A program made the position numbers and the translations under genes. From Fidelibacterota bacterium (GTDB taxonomy: Bacteria > Fidelibacterota > Marinisomatia > Marinisomatales > UBA2128): a DNA stretch of 58,063 bases. The stretch lies in contig JBHHUM010000004.1 of the NCBI GenBank assembly GCA_046861645.1, positions 1-58,063 on the forward strand, read 5' to 3'. This document shows, one piece after another, positions 37,763 through 47,648 of this stretch; within the stretch, counting starts at the first letter, position 1, and each line of letters begins with the position of its first letter. Under the pieces are notes generated by a model, which made no database searches, was not told the origin of the DNA, and was given only the letters and a program-made list of their open reading frames with translations.

Positions 37763-39301
37763 TTAGTGCTTGAAAGATCTCACTCCCGTAAATACCATGG
37801 CAATCCCGTGTTCGTCACACGCCTCGATAACCTCTTCATCCCTGATTGATCCTCCCGGCTGGATAATAGCTTTGATTCCGGTACTGCCAAGCTTGTCAAT
37901 GCTGTCACGGAAGGGAAAGAAGGCGTCTGAAGCCAGGATGGCGTCATTTAGTTTATCTCCTGATTTGCGGATGGCGATTTCCACAGCGTCCACGCGGGAG
38001 ACCTGACCGGGTCCAATGCCTAAAGTGGTATTGTCTTTCGCGGTAAGAATGCCGTTGGACTTGACGTGTTTCAGCACTTTCCAGCCGAAGAGCATGTCAG
38101 CCATGTTTTGATGTGACGGCTTTGCCTTTGTTACGGTATTTAAGTGTTCAATTGTTATAGTGTTAACGTCTGTCTCCTGAACTAAAAGACCGCCATCCAC
38201 ATACTTGAATTCCAGATTGGGATTACGGGCGCCAAAATCACCAATCTCCAAAACACGGAGATTTTTCTTCTTAGTGAATAGTTCCAGAGCTCCACTTTCA
38301 AAATCAGGTGCCAGCACAATCTCGATGAATATCTTACGGAGAGCTTCGGCGATTTCCGTAGTGCACGTTCTGTTGAGAGCGACAATACCACCAAAGGCCG
38401 AGAGGGAGTCAGCGTTGAAGGCACGATGAAAGCAGTCGGTAATATCGTCTCCTGTTGCAACGCCGCAAGGATTGGCGTGTTTTACCACCACACAAGCTGG
38501 TTCAGTGAATTCCTTCACACAGTCGAGAGCGCCATCAGCGTCCATAATGTTATTATAAGAGAGCTTTTTGCCCTGGTGAATCGTGGCATTCAGGATATTC
38601 GGACCTGAGGAGATAGGCACCGAGTAAGCAGCCGCCTGCTGATGAGGGTTCTCACCGTAGCGGAGGTCGTAGTATTTGGTGTAGGTTAGAGAGAAATTGT
38701 CGGAAAGGGGTTCATCTTTGAGATAATTGTGAATGATTGCGTCATATTGGGCGGTATGTCCGAAAGCTTTGGCGGAAAGGTGTCTGCGAGTTTCAAACGT
38801 AAGTCCACCTTCGGTTTTGAGTTTTTCCACCACCCAGTTGTAATCTGCAGGATCAACAACCACACCGACCCATCCGACATTCTTAGCAGCGCTGCGGATC
38901 ATGGTGGGGCCGCCGATGTCAATATTTTCCACTGCCTCATCAAGAGTAACATCAGGTTTCCGAATAGTGTCGGCGAAGGGGTAGAGGTTGCAGACCACCA
39001 GGTCAATCCACTTGATGTTTTGCTCTTTGGCAACTTCAGCGTGCACGTCTCTCAAGCCGAGAATTCCCCCTTCTATCAGGGGGTGTAGAGTCTTCACCCG
39101 CCCACTCATAATCTCGGGAAAGCCTGTATAGTCGGAAACTCTCGTGATGGGGATACCCGCGCTCTGGAGTCTTTTTGCTGTTCCCCCTGTGGAAAGAATT
39201 TCAACATCTAAGTTCGCAAGCCCCGTTGCGAATTCAACAATTCCATCTTTGTTCGAAACGGATATAAGGGCGGTTTTAATGTTTGTTTTTTCTGTATTCA
39301 T
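37763..39301 (-). CDS. purH: Bifunctional AICAR transformylase/IMP cyclohydrolase
   Basis: ALISV..K.G, GRVKTLHP, IDIGGP, LRYGENPHQ, KHANPCG, ASDAFFPF. Confidence 0.96.
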   Translation of the reverse strand: MNTEKTNIKTALISVSNKDGIVEFATGLANLDVEILSTGGTAKRLQSAGIPITRVSDYTGFPEIMSGRVKTLHPLIEGGILGLRDVHAEVAKEQNIKWIDLVVCNLYPFADTIRKPDVTLDEAVENIDIGGPTMIRSAAKNVGWVGVVVDPADYNWVVEKLKTEGGLTFETRRHLSAKAFGHTAQYDAIIHNYLKDEPLSDNFSLTYTKYYDLRYGENPHQQAAAYSVPISSGPNILNATIHQGKKLSYNNIMDADGALDCVKEFTEPACVVVKHANPCGVATGDDITDCFHRAFNADSLSAFGGIVALNRTCTTEIAEALRKIFIEIVLAPDFESGALELFTKKKNLRVLEIGDFGARNPNLEFKYVDGGLLVQETDVNTITIEHLNTVTKAKPSHQNMADMLFGWKVLKHVKSNGILTAKDNTTLGIGPGQVSRVDAVEIAIRKSGDKLNDAILASDAFFPFRDSIDKLGSTGIKAIIQPGGSIRDEEVIEACDEHGIAMVFTGVRSFKH

Positions 39302-39897
39302 GAATTACTCCATGGACCTTCTTTGTTTTGAAATATTCGGATAGCTTGAAGAAAGGCATCCCCTTCCAGCTCTTGGACTTTTGTTTTCAGTGATTCTGGA
39401 GTGTCTTCTGGAGACACCGTACATTTCTTCTGTACCACAATAGGACCGGCATCCACTTCAGCCGTGACAATGTGGATCGTACAACCTGTCTCGGCATCAT
39501 GATTTTTAAGTACTTCTTCGTGGACATTCATATCCATACCTCCAGCGTACTTTGGAAGGAGAGAAGGATGGACATTCAGAATACGGTTGTTCCAATGTTG
39601 GCAAAACCAGGGTGAGAGAATTCGCATGAATCCGATGAGGAGAATGAGTTCCACACCTTTAGCTTCCAGTAGTTCTGTCATCTCTCGATCGAACTGCTCC
39701 CGTTCCTTCCCCTTGTGACTTATATAGACGGTATCGATATTGTGGTTTCGGGCACGCTCCAGGATGTAAGATTTCTTACGATTGCTGATGACGATTTCTA
39801 CGGATGCGTCGAGTCTTCCGTCTGTTATGGCATCAATGATAGCTTGTAAGTCAGTCCCTTTTGTGGAGCCGAGGACGCCGAGTTTTGTGATTGACAT
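39298..39897 (-). CDS. purN: Phosphoribosylglycinamide formyltransferase
   Basis: GSTKGTDLQA, GFMRIL, LNVHPSLLP, GCTIH.V..EVDAGP. Confidence 0.93.
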   Translation of the reverse strand: MSITKLGVLGSTKGTDLQAIIDAITDGRLDASVEIVISNRKKSYILERARNHNIDTVYISHKGKEREQFDREMTELLEAKGVELILLIGFMRILSPWFCQHWNNRILNVHPSLLPKYAGGMDMNVHEEVLKNHDAETGCTIHIVTAEVDAGPIVVQKKCTVSPEDTPESLKTKVQELEGDAFLQAIRIFQNKEGPWSNS

Positions 39898-39933
39898 GTT
39901 AGCCCTTAAGTAATTGTATGTGTTCTATTCTCT

Positions 39934-39972
39934 TTCTACAGCTTCTTTTACAACCCACTCTAATGTGGGCAT
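39934..39972 (-). repeat. Diverged direct repeat, copy A (encodes MPTLEWVVKEAVE)
   Basis: 31/39 identity with 40596-40634 by manual alignment. Confidence 0.6.
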
Positions 39973-40048
39973 GGGTAAAAAATTCTCTTCTGTTTTAAAA
40001 CAAATCATTTACGCTTGAAAATATCAGCAAAATAAATGCATAACTCAT

Positions 40049-40269
40049 CTAAAGACGGTGAATGAAATCTTCAACAGACATTCCTGATTTGCGAATCAAA
40101 GTACGTAACAAGCCGGGCCCAAGTTCTTTATGTTGTGGAATGGAAAGTGAAAAAATTGACCTTTTTTTGTCATAACAACATGACTGCCCTTTTGTCGCGA
40201 TGCAGTCCATCCGCATTTTCAAAATATTTTAACAGCTTTTGCTCCCGATACTTTTGGTAATTTAGGCAT
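40049..40269 (-). pseudogene. hicA: HicA toxin, inactivated
   Basis: MPKLPKVSGAKAVKIF*KCGW...RQKGSHVVM, then in a shifted frame LSIPQHKELGPGLLRTLIRKSGMSVEDF. One in-frame TGA and one frameshift in a homopolymer run. Confidence 0.85.
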
Positions 40270-40474
40270 GCGATGGTAGAGCTAATTCCATCGTGTCAAT
40301 TGTAATTGGGAGACCGTGTTTTTTTCGTTCTTCTATGCACAATTCAATAGCTTCACGTTTATTAGCAATGGCTTCACTTTTAGTTTTTCCTTGACTAACA
40401 CAGCCGGGAATGCTTGGGCATTCTACAACAAACCAACCGTCTTCATCTTGAAATATGGTAATGTTGAGATTCAT
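40262..40474 (-). CDS. hicB: HicB antitoxin (short form without DNA-binding domain)
   Basis: DEDGWFVVECPSIPGCVSQGKTKSEA..N..EAI; overlaps the hicA start. Confidence 0.88.
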   Translation of the reverse strand: MNLNITIFQDEDGWFVVECPSIPGCVSQGKTKSEAIANKREAIELCIEERKKHGLPITIDTMELALPSHA

Positions 40475-40595
40475 TGCTTTCTCCTCTTTTACTATTATGA
40501 AATTTACATCATAATCATGATCTTAATAACGGATTTAACGTTTCAGCTTTTACGAATAATCATTCAACCGCTGGTTTAATATATTGGATTTCTTC

Positions 40596-40634
40596 TTCCA
40601 CGGCTTCATTTACAGACCTGTCTAATGTAGGCAT
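40596..40634 (-). repeat. Diverged direct repeat, copy B (encodes MPTLDRSVNEAVE)
   Basis: 31/39 identity with 39934-39972. Confidence 0.6.
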
Positions 40635-40754
40635 TACAATATTATTCCACTTTTTCGTACTCGTCACCACAATAATATTCCATTCATAGGGTTAGCCATG
40701 GAATATTATTCCAGTTAGAACTGTTTTTACCGGGATATTATTCCAATCAATATT

Positions 40755-42074
40755 TTAAGTGAGCTGCCCACGAATAAGACTTATATGCTTAACCCTCTTC
40801 TGAATCAGATCTTCAGTCCCGATATCCGCCCGATGAAATAGCGGTCCCCTGACCCTCGATATCTCCGCCTCAGCCTTCGCCTCAGCCTCTGAAAGGGTAT
40901 CAGCCATACCCGCAAATGCCACCGTCCGGGAGCCGGCTTCGATCAGTTTGCCGTTTTTCATGTCCACCGAGGCGTAGTAAAGTTGATCCGTGTCGATGAC
41001 GTGGGATACATCGATGGGTTCGCCTTTTACAGGACTGTCCGGATATCCTTCTGGAACAGCGTATTTACAGACTGTTGCCTGATTTCTGAACGAGACATCT
41101 TTCTCATACAGGTTTCCTTCCACGATACCCCTACAAATATCCACGAAATCCGACTCCAGGAGTGGAAGCACATTCATGGCTTCCGGATCACCAAAACGAG
41201 CATTATATTCAATGAGTTTTATGCCATCACCGGTAGCCATAAAACCACCGTAAAGGATGCCCTTGTAGCCCTCTCCAAATTCTTTTTTCAATGCTAGCAT
41301 GGTAGCCTCGTTGTATTTTTGAGCTTGGTCAATGTCTTCACTTATGAGGAAGGGCAAACTGTGATCTGCAAAAGAGTAGCTCCCCATTCCACCCGTGTTG
41401 GGGCCTTTATCTCCCTCGAAAGCCCGCTTATGATCCTGTACGGGTGGCATGTGCACCAGATGATTGCCGTCACAGAAACTCATGAGTGAAAATTCTTCAC
41501 CAATCAGTTTTTCTTCGACCAGGAACGAACCACCACGACTAACGAGTTTCTTACAGTAGTCCAGAGCTTCGTCATGTGAGTGTAGGTGATCACCGGCGAC
41601 CTTCACACCCTTACCACCCATGAGTCCATCGAACTTGACCACATAGTTATCACCTAACTCCGACAGAAACACAGCTACACCCTTAAGAGACTCAAAGCGT
41701 CGGTAGACAGGACAAGCTGGAATGTTGTATTTCGTCAACAGATCGCGGGTGAACCCTTTGCTCGTCTCTATCTGCGCGTGTGCTTTCCTAGGACCGATTG
41801 TAGGAATTCCTGCACTCCATAAAGCATCTGCCACACCTGATTCAAGCGGCGCTTCCGGACCGATGATGGCCAAGTCAGCACCGAACAGCTTAGCAAAAGT
41901 AACAGTCGTCGCCGGATCGTTGATGTTGCCTGCCTCAAAGTGTTCGGCAAGTTCTTGAATGCCGGGATTGTTATTGGAAGCGAAACAGGCAATGGCAGGG
42001 TTTTGTGGGGATCTGGCCAATGCCCTGGCAATAGCGTGTTCTCTAGCCCCCGAGCCGATAAGAAGAATGATCAC
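40755..42074 (-). CDS. purD: Phosphoribosylamine--glycine ligase
   Basis: GSGAREHA, IGPEAPL, GGKGV, QDHKRA.EGD.GPNTGGMG, EYNARFGDPE. Confidence 0.95.
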   Translation of the reverse strand: MIILLIGSGAREHAIARALARSPQNPAIACFASNNNPGIQELAEHFEAGNINDPATTVTFAKLFGADLAIIGPEAPLESGVADALWSAGIPTIGPRKAHAQIETSKGFTRDLLTKYNIPACPVYRRFESLKGVAVFLSELGDNYVVKFDGLMGGKGVKVAGDHLHSHDEALDYCKKLVSRGGSFLVEEKLIGEEFSLMSFCDGNHLVHMPPVQDHKRAFEGDKGPNTGGMGSYSFADHSLPFLISEDIDQAQKYNEATMLALKKEFGEGYKGILYGGFMATGDGIKLIEYNARFGDPEAMNVLPLLESDFVDICRGIVEGNLYEKDVSFRNQATVCKYAVPEGYPDSPVKGEPIDVSHVIDTDQLYYASVDMKNGKLIEAGSRTVAFAGMADTLSEAEAKAEAEISRVRGPLFHRADIGTEDLIQKRVKHISLIRGQLT

Positions 42075-43552
42075 GGTAAATGGGCTCTTTCCATGTTCCG
42101 CTGGTTTTCCATAAGCAGCATTTTCTCATCATTTACATCTCCAGTTATATACCAACCATCCAGACAGGCCATACAGGGTCGATCAATATTGTGCTCCCCT
42201 TTCCGGGTGACTGCTTCAGCAAGATGCTCAATCTCCTGATATAGAAGAATGTCCACGTCCATGTAGGCTTGAATTTCTTCGGTTGACCTTGTTGCGGCCG
42301 TCAGCTCAGTCTTGGTAGGCATATCCACACCATAAAAACAGGGAAACTTCACCGGTGGACAAGCGGAAACAAAGTAAACTTTTTTTGCTCCAAACTCCCG
42401 GATCATACGAACGATTTCGCGGCTGGTGTTACCACGTACAATGCTATCATCCACGATCAGCACGTCCTTATCCCGGATCTCAAATTCTTGGGGTACTAAT
42501 TTATAACGGATGGATCTTTTCCTGGCTTCCTGTCCTGGCATGATGAAGGTTCGTCCGATAAAGGGATTTTTGTACAACCCTTCGGAGTAACGTACTCCCA
42601 GCTCATTGGCGAAGCTCAAGGCTGAGGTATTGGCAGTGGAAGGTGCGGGAATAACAATATCTGGTGTAACATCAGGATAAAGCTTTTTCCAGTGCTGCGC
42701 GAGGTTCTGCCCCATGCGCAGACGGGCTCGATAGACACTGACCTCGTTCTGAATACAGTCTGGTCTCGAGAAGTACACATATTCAAATATGCAGGGTGTA
42801 AACTGCTCGTTGCGCAGGATACGGTTGTGGCTTGTACCATCTTCTTCAATAAAAATAACTTCGCCCGGGGCCACATTTCCTGCTGGTTCATATCCTAAGG
42901 TGTAAAACATGGTATTTTCAGAAGCGAAAATATGGGCAATCGTTCCATCCTGTTGCTTTCGTATACCTCGGACCAGAGGACGGATTCCGTGGGGGTCCCG
43001 GAAGACCACCATACCCCGATTCATTATCATACTCACTACGGAATAAGCTCCGCTGACTCGTTGGAACACAGTGTCAACCGCTTGGCAAATTTGATCGAAA
43101 AAGGAGAGACCGTCTGTACTGTTCACCGGATGATCCAGGGCATGGGCAAAAATATGTAGTATGACTTCGATATCCACGGTGGAGTTGACCAAACGACGGT
43201 CTTGCTCGGAAACCTCCCGGACCAGATCGCTATAATTTACCAGATTTCCGTTGTGGGCCATGGCGATACCATAGGGAACATTGGTCATTACTGGTTGGGC
43301 TTCTTCAATGCTGAAACCCCCTACTGTAGGGTATCTTGTATGACCAATACCGACATTTCCGAGGAGACGTGCCATGTTCTTTTCGTCAAAAATATCCCGG
43401 ATAAGGCCCGTCCCTTTTTTTACATGGAAGCGTTCATTGTAAGTCATGATGCCCGCAGCATCCTGTCCACGATGCTGTAGGTGGATGAGACTTTCATAGA
43501 GTTCTCCAGCCACAGGTCGCTGGGTGGAAATAATACCGACAACCCCACACAT
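42071..43552 (-). CDS. purF: Amidophosphoribosyltransferase
   Basis: N-terminal MCG, LQHRGQD, GHTRYPT, CIFEYVYF.RPD, IVDDSIVRGNT. Confidence 0.96.
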   Translation of the reverse strand: MCGVVGIISTQRPVAGELYESLIHLQHRGQDAAGIMTYNERFHVKKGTGLIRDIFDEKNMARLLGNVGIGHTRYPTVGGFSIEEAQPVMTNVPYGIAMAHNGNLVNYSDLVREVSEQDRRLVNSTVDIEVILHIFAHALDHPVNSTDGLSFFDQICQAVDTVFQRVSGAYSVVSMIMNRGMVVFRDPHGIRPLVRGIRKQQDGTIAHIFASENTMFYTLGYEPAGNVAPGEVIFIEEDGTSHNRILRNEQFTPCIFEYVYFSRPDCIQNEVSVYRARLRMGQNLAQHWKKLYPDVTPDIVIPAPSTANTSALSFANELGVRYSEGLYKNPFIGRTFIMPGQEARKRSIRYKLVPQEFEIRDKDVLIVDDSIVRGNTSREIVRMIREFGAKKVYFVSACPPVKFPCFYGVDMPTKTELTAATRSTEEIQAYMDVDILLYQEIEHLAEAVTRKGEHNIDRPCMACLDGWYITGDVNDEKMLLMENQRNMERAHLP

Positions 43553-43554
43553 GG

Positions 43555-44922
43555 TTAAAGTAACTTCTCTGTGATCTTGGTTGCCAATCCGATGTAACTT
43601 TCCGGGGTCAGAGCCAACAATCTCTCTCTATCTTTTTCTGGAAGGTTCAGAGCCTGAACAAATGATTTGATGTCATCTTTAGTTATGTTGTGACCTTGAG
43701 TCATAACTTTCAGCCGCTCGTATGATTGCCGATCACCGGTCTTGCGGAGAATGGTCTGGATAGCTTCTGCTAGCACTTCCCAGTGATCGCCCAGTTCTTT
43801 ATATAATCTTTTTTTGTTGACTCTCAGCCTGTCCAACCCTTTTAGAATACTCTTGCAGGCAAGTAAGGAATGTGCCAGGGGTACGCCCTGGTTACGAATA
43901 ACCGTACTGCCGGAAAGGTCCCTCTGCATCCGAGAAACAGGAAGCTTTTGTGCCAGATGGGAAAGGTAGGCGTTGGCAATGCCCAGGTTGCCTTCGGCAT
44001 TTTCAAATTGAATCGGGTTTACTTTGTGGGGCATAGTGCTGGAACCCACTTCACCTCTTTTCGTTTTCTGCCCAAAGATGCCGCGACTGATGTAGAACCA
44101 GATGTCCCGGCAGAAATCCAGCAGAATGGTGTTCACCCGGATCAGGTTATGATAGCTTTCTGCAAGAGAGTCATGGGGTTCGATTTGGGTAGTGAGGAGG
44201 TTAGGAGTTAGCCCCAGGGACCTTACAAATTTTTTACTGAAGTTAATCCAGTTTACATCTGGGTAGGCAACCATATGAGCACTCCAGGTGCCACTGGCTC
44301 CGGAGAGTTTGCCTTGGAGTTTTTGCCGTTGCAACTGCTTAAACTGTTTCTCAAGGCGGTTTGCAAAAACAGCAAATTCCTTTCCCAGAGTGGTTGGAGT
44401 AGCGGGCTGGCCATGAGTAAGAGATAGCAAGGATAACTCACTATAACGCTTAGCAATGTTCTTGAGTTGGTAATGGACTTTGTTAAGTTCCGGGAGGTAA
44501 ACTTGTTGTAAGCCATCCTGCCACATGAGAGTATAAGTAAGATTGTTGACATCCTCCGAAGTGAGAGCGAAGTGGATGAAGCTTTGTTCTTCTTCGAATC
44601 CTAAAGCTTCCAGCTGTTTCTTGAGAAAGTACTCTACAGCTTTCACATCGTGTTGAGTTCTATGCTCTATTTTTTTGATGACATCATAGTTTTGATTGGA
44701 AAAATCTTGGTAAAGTGAGCGTAGTCTTACCTGATCTTCTGTCGAGAATGGGGAGAGTTCTGTAACTTGCTTCTCCAGGCTCAGGTTAACGAGATATTCA
44801 ACCTCAATCTGTATACGATATTTCATGAGGGCCATTTCTGAGAAGTAGTCTCGTAAGTCGGCCACATCCTGCACATAACGTCCGTCCAATGGTGAAATAG
44901 TACTCGCTTGATTACTCATCAT
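43555..44922 (-). CDS. purB: Adenylosuccinate lyase
   Basis: SPLDGRY, HDVKAVEYF, THGQPATPTT, GSSTMPHKVNPI.FEN.EGN. Confidence 0.96.
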   Translation of the reverse strand: MMSNQASTISPLDGRYVQDVADLRDYFSEMALMKYRIQIEVEYLVNLSLEKQVTELSPFSTEDQVRLRSLYQDFSNQNYDVIKKIEHRTQHDVKAVEYFLKKQLEALGFEEEQSFIHFALTSEDVNNLTYTLMWQDGLQQVYLPELNKVHYQLKNIAKRYSELSLLSLTHGQPATPTTLGKEFAVFANRLEKQFKQLQRQKLQGKLSGASGTWSAHMVAYPDVNWINFSKKFVRSLGLTPNLLTTQIEPHDSLAESYHNLIRVNTILLDFCRDIWFYISRGIFGQKTKRGEVGSSTMPHKVNPIQFENAEGNLGIANAYLSHLAQKLPVSRMQRDLSGSTVIRNQGVPLAHSLLACKSILKGLDRLRVNKKRLYKELGDHWEVLAEAIQTILRKTGDRQSYERLKVMTQGHNITKDDIKSFVQALNLPEKDRERLLALTPESYIGLATKITEKLL

Positions 44923-45009
44923 AGAAGGCGTTAATTTGTTGGCAGGTTAGTCTGCTTAATCATAATCTTTAATAAGGTGCGACCCTTGAAGATTGGAATA
45001 CTTCTGTAT

Positions 45010-45411
45010 CTATTCACGTGAACACTCCAAGATTCGTTTGACGGCTAGGGCACAGTTCCCGGGATCTAGGACAGTCATCACAGGAACATTACTGGGCATT
45101 TGCAGCGTGGAGTGAATATTAACCAGCATGTCTGTCTTATCTTTGAATGGTGGACACGCCAGTGTGGGGAAATCGGAATTTGCCGCCACAAAAGCTGAAA
45201 GGGCGTTGGATCGCCCGGCAATAGTAATGTAAACAATATCTCTTCCGCTCTGATACGATTCGATGATCTCCAGAACTTTCCGTGGCTGCTTGTGGGCAGA
45301 TGCTACATGTTGGTCAAAGGTAATGTCTAACTCGTCCAGCTTATCGGTTATTTCCTTGGCGTATGCTTCGTCAGATTTGGAACCGAGAATGAGAACAGCT
45401 TTTCCGTTCAT
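45010..45411 (-). CDS. purE: AIR carboxylase, class II PurE signature
   Basis: ILGSKSD, VASAHK, ITIAGRSNALS, LACPPF, STLQMPS. Confidence 0.9.
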   Translation of the reverse strand: MNGKAVLILGSKSDEAYAKEITDKLDELDITFDQHVASAHKQPRKVLEIIESYQSGRDIVYITIAGRSNALSAFVAANSDFPTLACPPFKDKTDMLVNIHSTLQMPSNVPVMTVLDPGNCALAVKRILECSRE

Positions 45412-46376
45412 AGGTAATCCGTTATGTATTTTTGAATTCGTTGAGTGATTGGGGACCTCTGATCAGGGAAGGAAAAAGGTACCCCCGTAATCATTTCGAA
45501 TAGCTGAATATAACGTTTGGAAAGTTCAATGACGAGTTCTTCAGGGGCATTGGGGAGTGTTTTGTCATGATATGGATCACAATTTTTTACGAACCATAAA
45601 CGTAGGAATTCCTTATCGATGTTTTGAGGCTCTTTTCCTTCAGCAATCCTATTTTCATATGTAGCGGCGAGCCAGTAACGACTGGAATCCGGAGTATGAA
45701 TTTCATCGACAAGGAGTATATTCCCGTCCCTATCCTTACCAAATTCATATTTAGTATCTACCAGGATGAGCCCATGCTTACGTGATATCTTCTGTCCAAA
45801 AGCAAATAGGGTGTGTGCTGCTTTGCTGGCTACAAGCCAATCTTCTTCTGTCATCAAACCCTCTTCCAGAATGTCATCCGCAGAGACGGGCAAATCATGA
45901 TCTTCAGCCTTGGTAGTGGGGGTCAGGATAGGAATATCAAGCTGTTCATTTTTTTTAAGTCCTTCCGGAAGCTCATTCCCACAGTAATTACGGACCCCCT
46001 TTGCATAGTGTGTCCATAATGATGTTTCCGTTGTGCCCGTGATGTAGCTACGCATTACGAACTCGACAGGAAAGACGGAACATTTCCTGGCTATGGTTAC
46101 ATTTGGGTCGGGCACGGCTAGTACATGATTTGGGACGATGTGTTGTGTTTGATCAAACCACCAGGCGCTGGTCTGATTGAGGACCTGTCCCTTGAATGGA
46201 ATGGCAGCAAGGATACGGTCGAAAGCACTTTGGCGATCCGTCGTGATTAAAATCAGCCTGTCTTTCAATTCGTAACGATCGCGAACCTTTCCGGAATATT
46301 TTACTCCAGCAGAAAATGAAGTCTCGGTGAGGCAATTGTGGAGATTTACAGAGATAATTTTTGTGTAATCATTCAT
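45408..46376 (-). CDS. purC: SAICAR synthetase
   Basis: GKVRD.Y, TDRQSAFD, TPTTK, LVDTKYEFG, DEIHTPDSSRYW, DKEFLR. Confidence 0.95.
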   Translation of the reverse strand: MNDYTKIISVNLHNCLTETSFSAGVKYSGKVRDRYELKDRLILITTDRQSAFDRILAAIPFKGQVLNQTSAWWFDQTQHIVPNHVLAVPDPNVTIARKCSVFPVEFVMRSYITGTTETSLWTHYAKGVRNYCGNELPEGLKKNEQLDIPILTPTTKAEDHDLPVSADDILEEGLMTEEDWLVASKAAHTLFAFGQKISRKHGLILVDTKYEFGKDRDGNILLVDEIHTPDSSRYWLAATYENRIAEGKEPQNIDKEFLRLWFVKNCDPYHDKTLPNAPEELVIELSKRYIQLFEMITGVPFSFPDQRSPITQRIQKYITDYL

Positions 46377-47631
46377 GTCTTTCGTACCGGTAGCATTCGT
46401 GCGAAAAAGGGTTGAAGAGGATATGACTTTGAAGCACCCTCTCTAGAACATCATCCGGACTGCCTTCATTGGGAGTGATGTGCCAGACGACTCCCCGCCT
46501 GATTTTCTTAATCTCTTTAATGTGGAACCATTCCTGCAAAGCTTCTTTCTTGTGTTGACCAATAAGGTCATCTTTGTAGCGTACGAGGAGGGCAATGTTG
46601 TTATTAACAGTTTTTTCGGTTAATACTTCCTTATTGGAGTTGAATAATTCTCCGGAAGCGATGATTTCATCAATAACATGTTTATCAGCTTCTGGATTAA
46701 GAGCAATCTCCCAGTGACTTTGGCGGGATACAGTAACCGGAACATTTAATTGTTGCATAGCATTCTCCACTGATTTTGCTTCATTATCGGTAATAATGAG
46801 ATCAACGAGAAACTCCTGACAGTCAGGGGGGCACTGGTAGGTTTCCAGATGAAGCCGGGAAAGCTGGTAGTCGAGAGAGGTGATGGTTAATTTTGTCTCT
46901 ACTTCCAGATATTCCCGTAGAGAGGAGAAAATGGGATCTCCGTCGGGAGAACGTTCAGGATGAGGCATCATAGCCAAAACGTTACCCGAAGTGTTACATA
47001 CCGCGGCCAGATTATCCATAGAGCCATTTGGATTTATAGGAAATTCGGGGTGTACTGTACCGGAATGATCACAGTACTTGAAAACTGACTGGTTATTTTC
47101 CTGTAGCAGAGTGAGAAGGTCTTCATCCATCATGAAGCGTCCCTCGGCGTGAGCAATAGGAAAGTTCAAAGTTTGCCCAACTCTGAGGTGTCGTGTGAAA
47201 GCGCAGCGTCGAGGGAGGGTTGTCAGTAGCACATTAACCCAGACATTGTAGTAACCTGTACCCACCACGTGACCATCTTGCACCCGATGGTTACTAGCCA
47301 AAGCCATTCCAACCTGATGACCGGGCAAACCGGGGATTAGCCCAGTCTCTACCAGGATCTGTGCTCCGTTACAAATACCCAAGACAGGTTTCCCTTTGTC
47401 TGCTTCATTACGGATGGTCTTCATCACTGGGTCTAAAGAGGCAATGATGCCCGCCCGGGAGCGATCCTCATAAGAGAATCCCCCGATGATAAAGTATCCG
47501 TCGCATTCGAAAAGCTTGTCTTCAGGTTCGTTCCATAGAAATTCCACAGGTTCCATTCCGGCTCTCTTAACAGCCATAGCTGACTCTCGCTGGCAATTAC
47601 TACCGGGGAATTGTATGATGGCGATTTTCAT
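46369..47631 (-). CDS. purQ: FGAM synthase glutaminase PurQ fused to two C-terminal PurS-like repeats
   Basis: FPGSNC, GGFSYED, GICNG.Q, IAHAEG, MMPHPER in the first ~240 aa. The extra ~170 aa holds two units ending GELFNSNKE and HILFNPFSHE. Confidence 0.9.
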   Translation of the reverse strand: MKIAIIQFPGSNCQRESAMAVKRAGMEPVEFLWNEPEDKLFECDGYFIIGGFSYEDRSRAGIIASLDPVMKTIRNEADKGKPVLGICNGAQILVETGLIPGLPGHQVGMALASNHRVQDGHVVGTGYYNVWVNVLLTTLPRRCAFTRHLRVGQTLNFPIAHAEGRFMMDEDLLTLLQENNQSVFKYCDHSGTVHPEFPINPNGSMDNLAAVCNTSGNVLAMMPHPERSPDGDPIFSSLREYLEVETKLTITSLDYQLSRLHLETYQCPPDCQEFLVDLIITDNEAKSVENAMQQLNVPVTVSRQSHWEIALNPEADKHVIDEIIASGELFNSNKEVLTEKTVNNNIALLVRYKDDLIGQHKKEALQEWFHIKEIKKIRRGVVWHITPNEGSPDDVLERVLQSHILFNPFSHECYRYERHE

Positions 47632-47648
47632 TTATTTAGTCACAGAAT

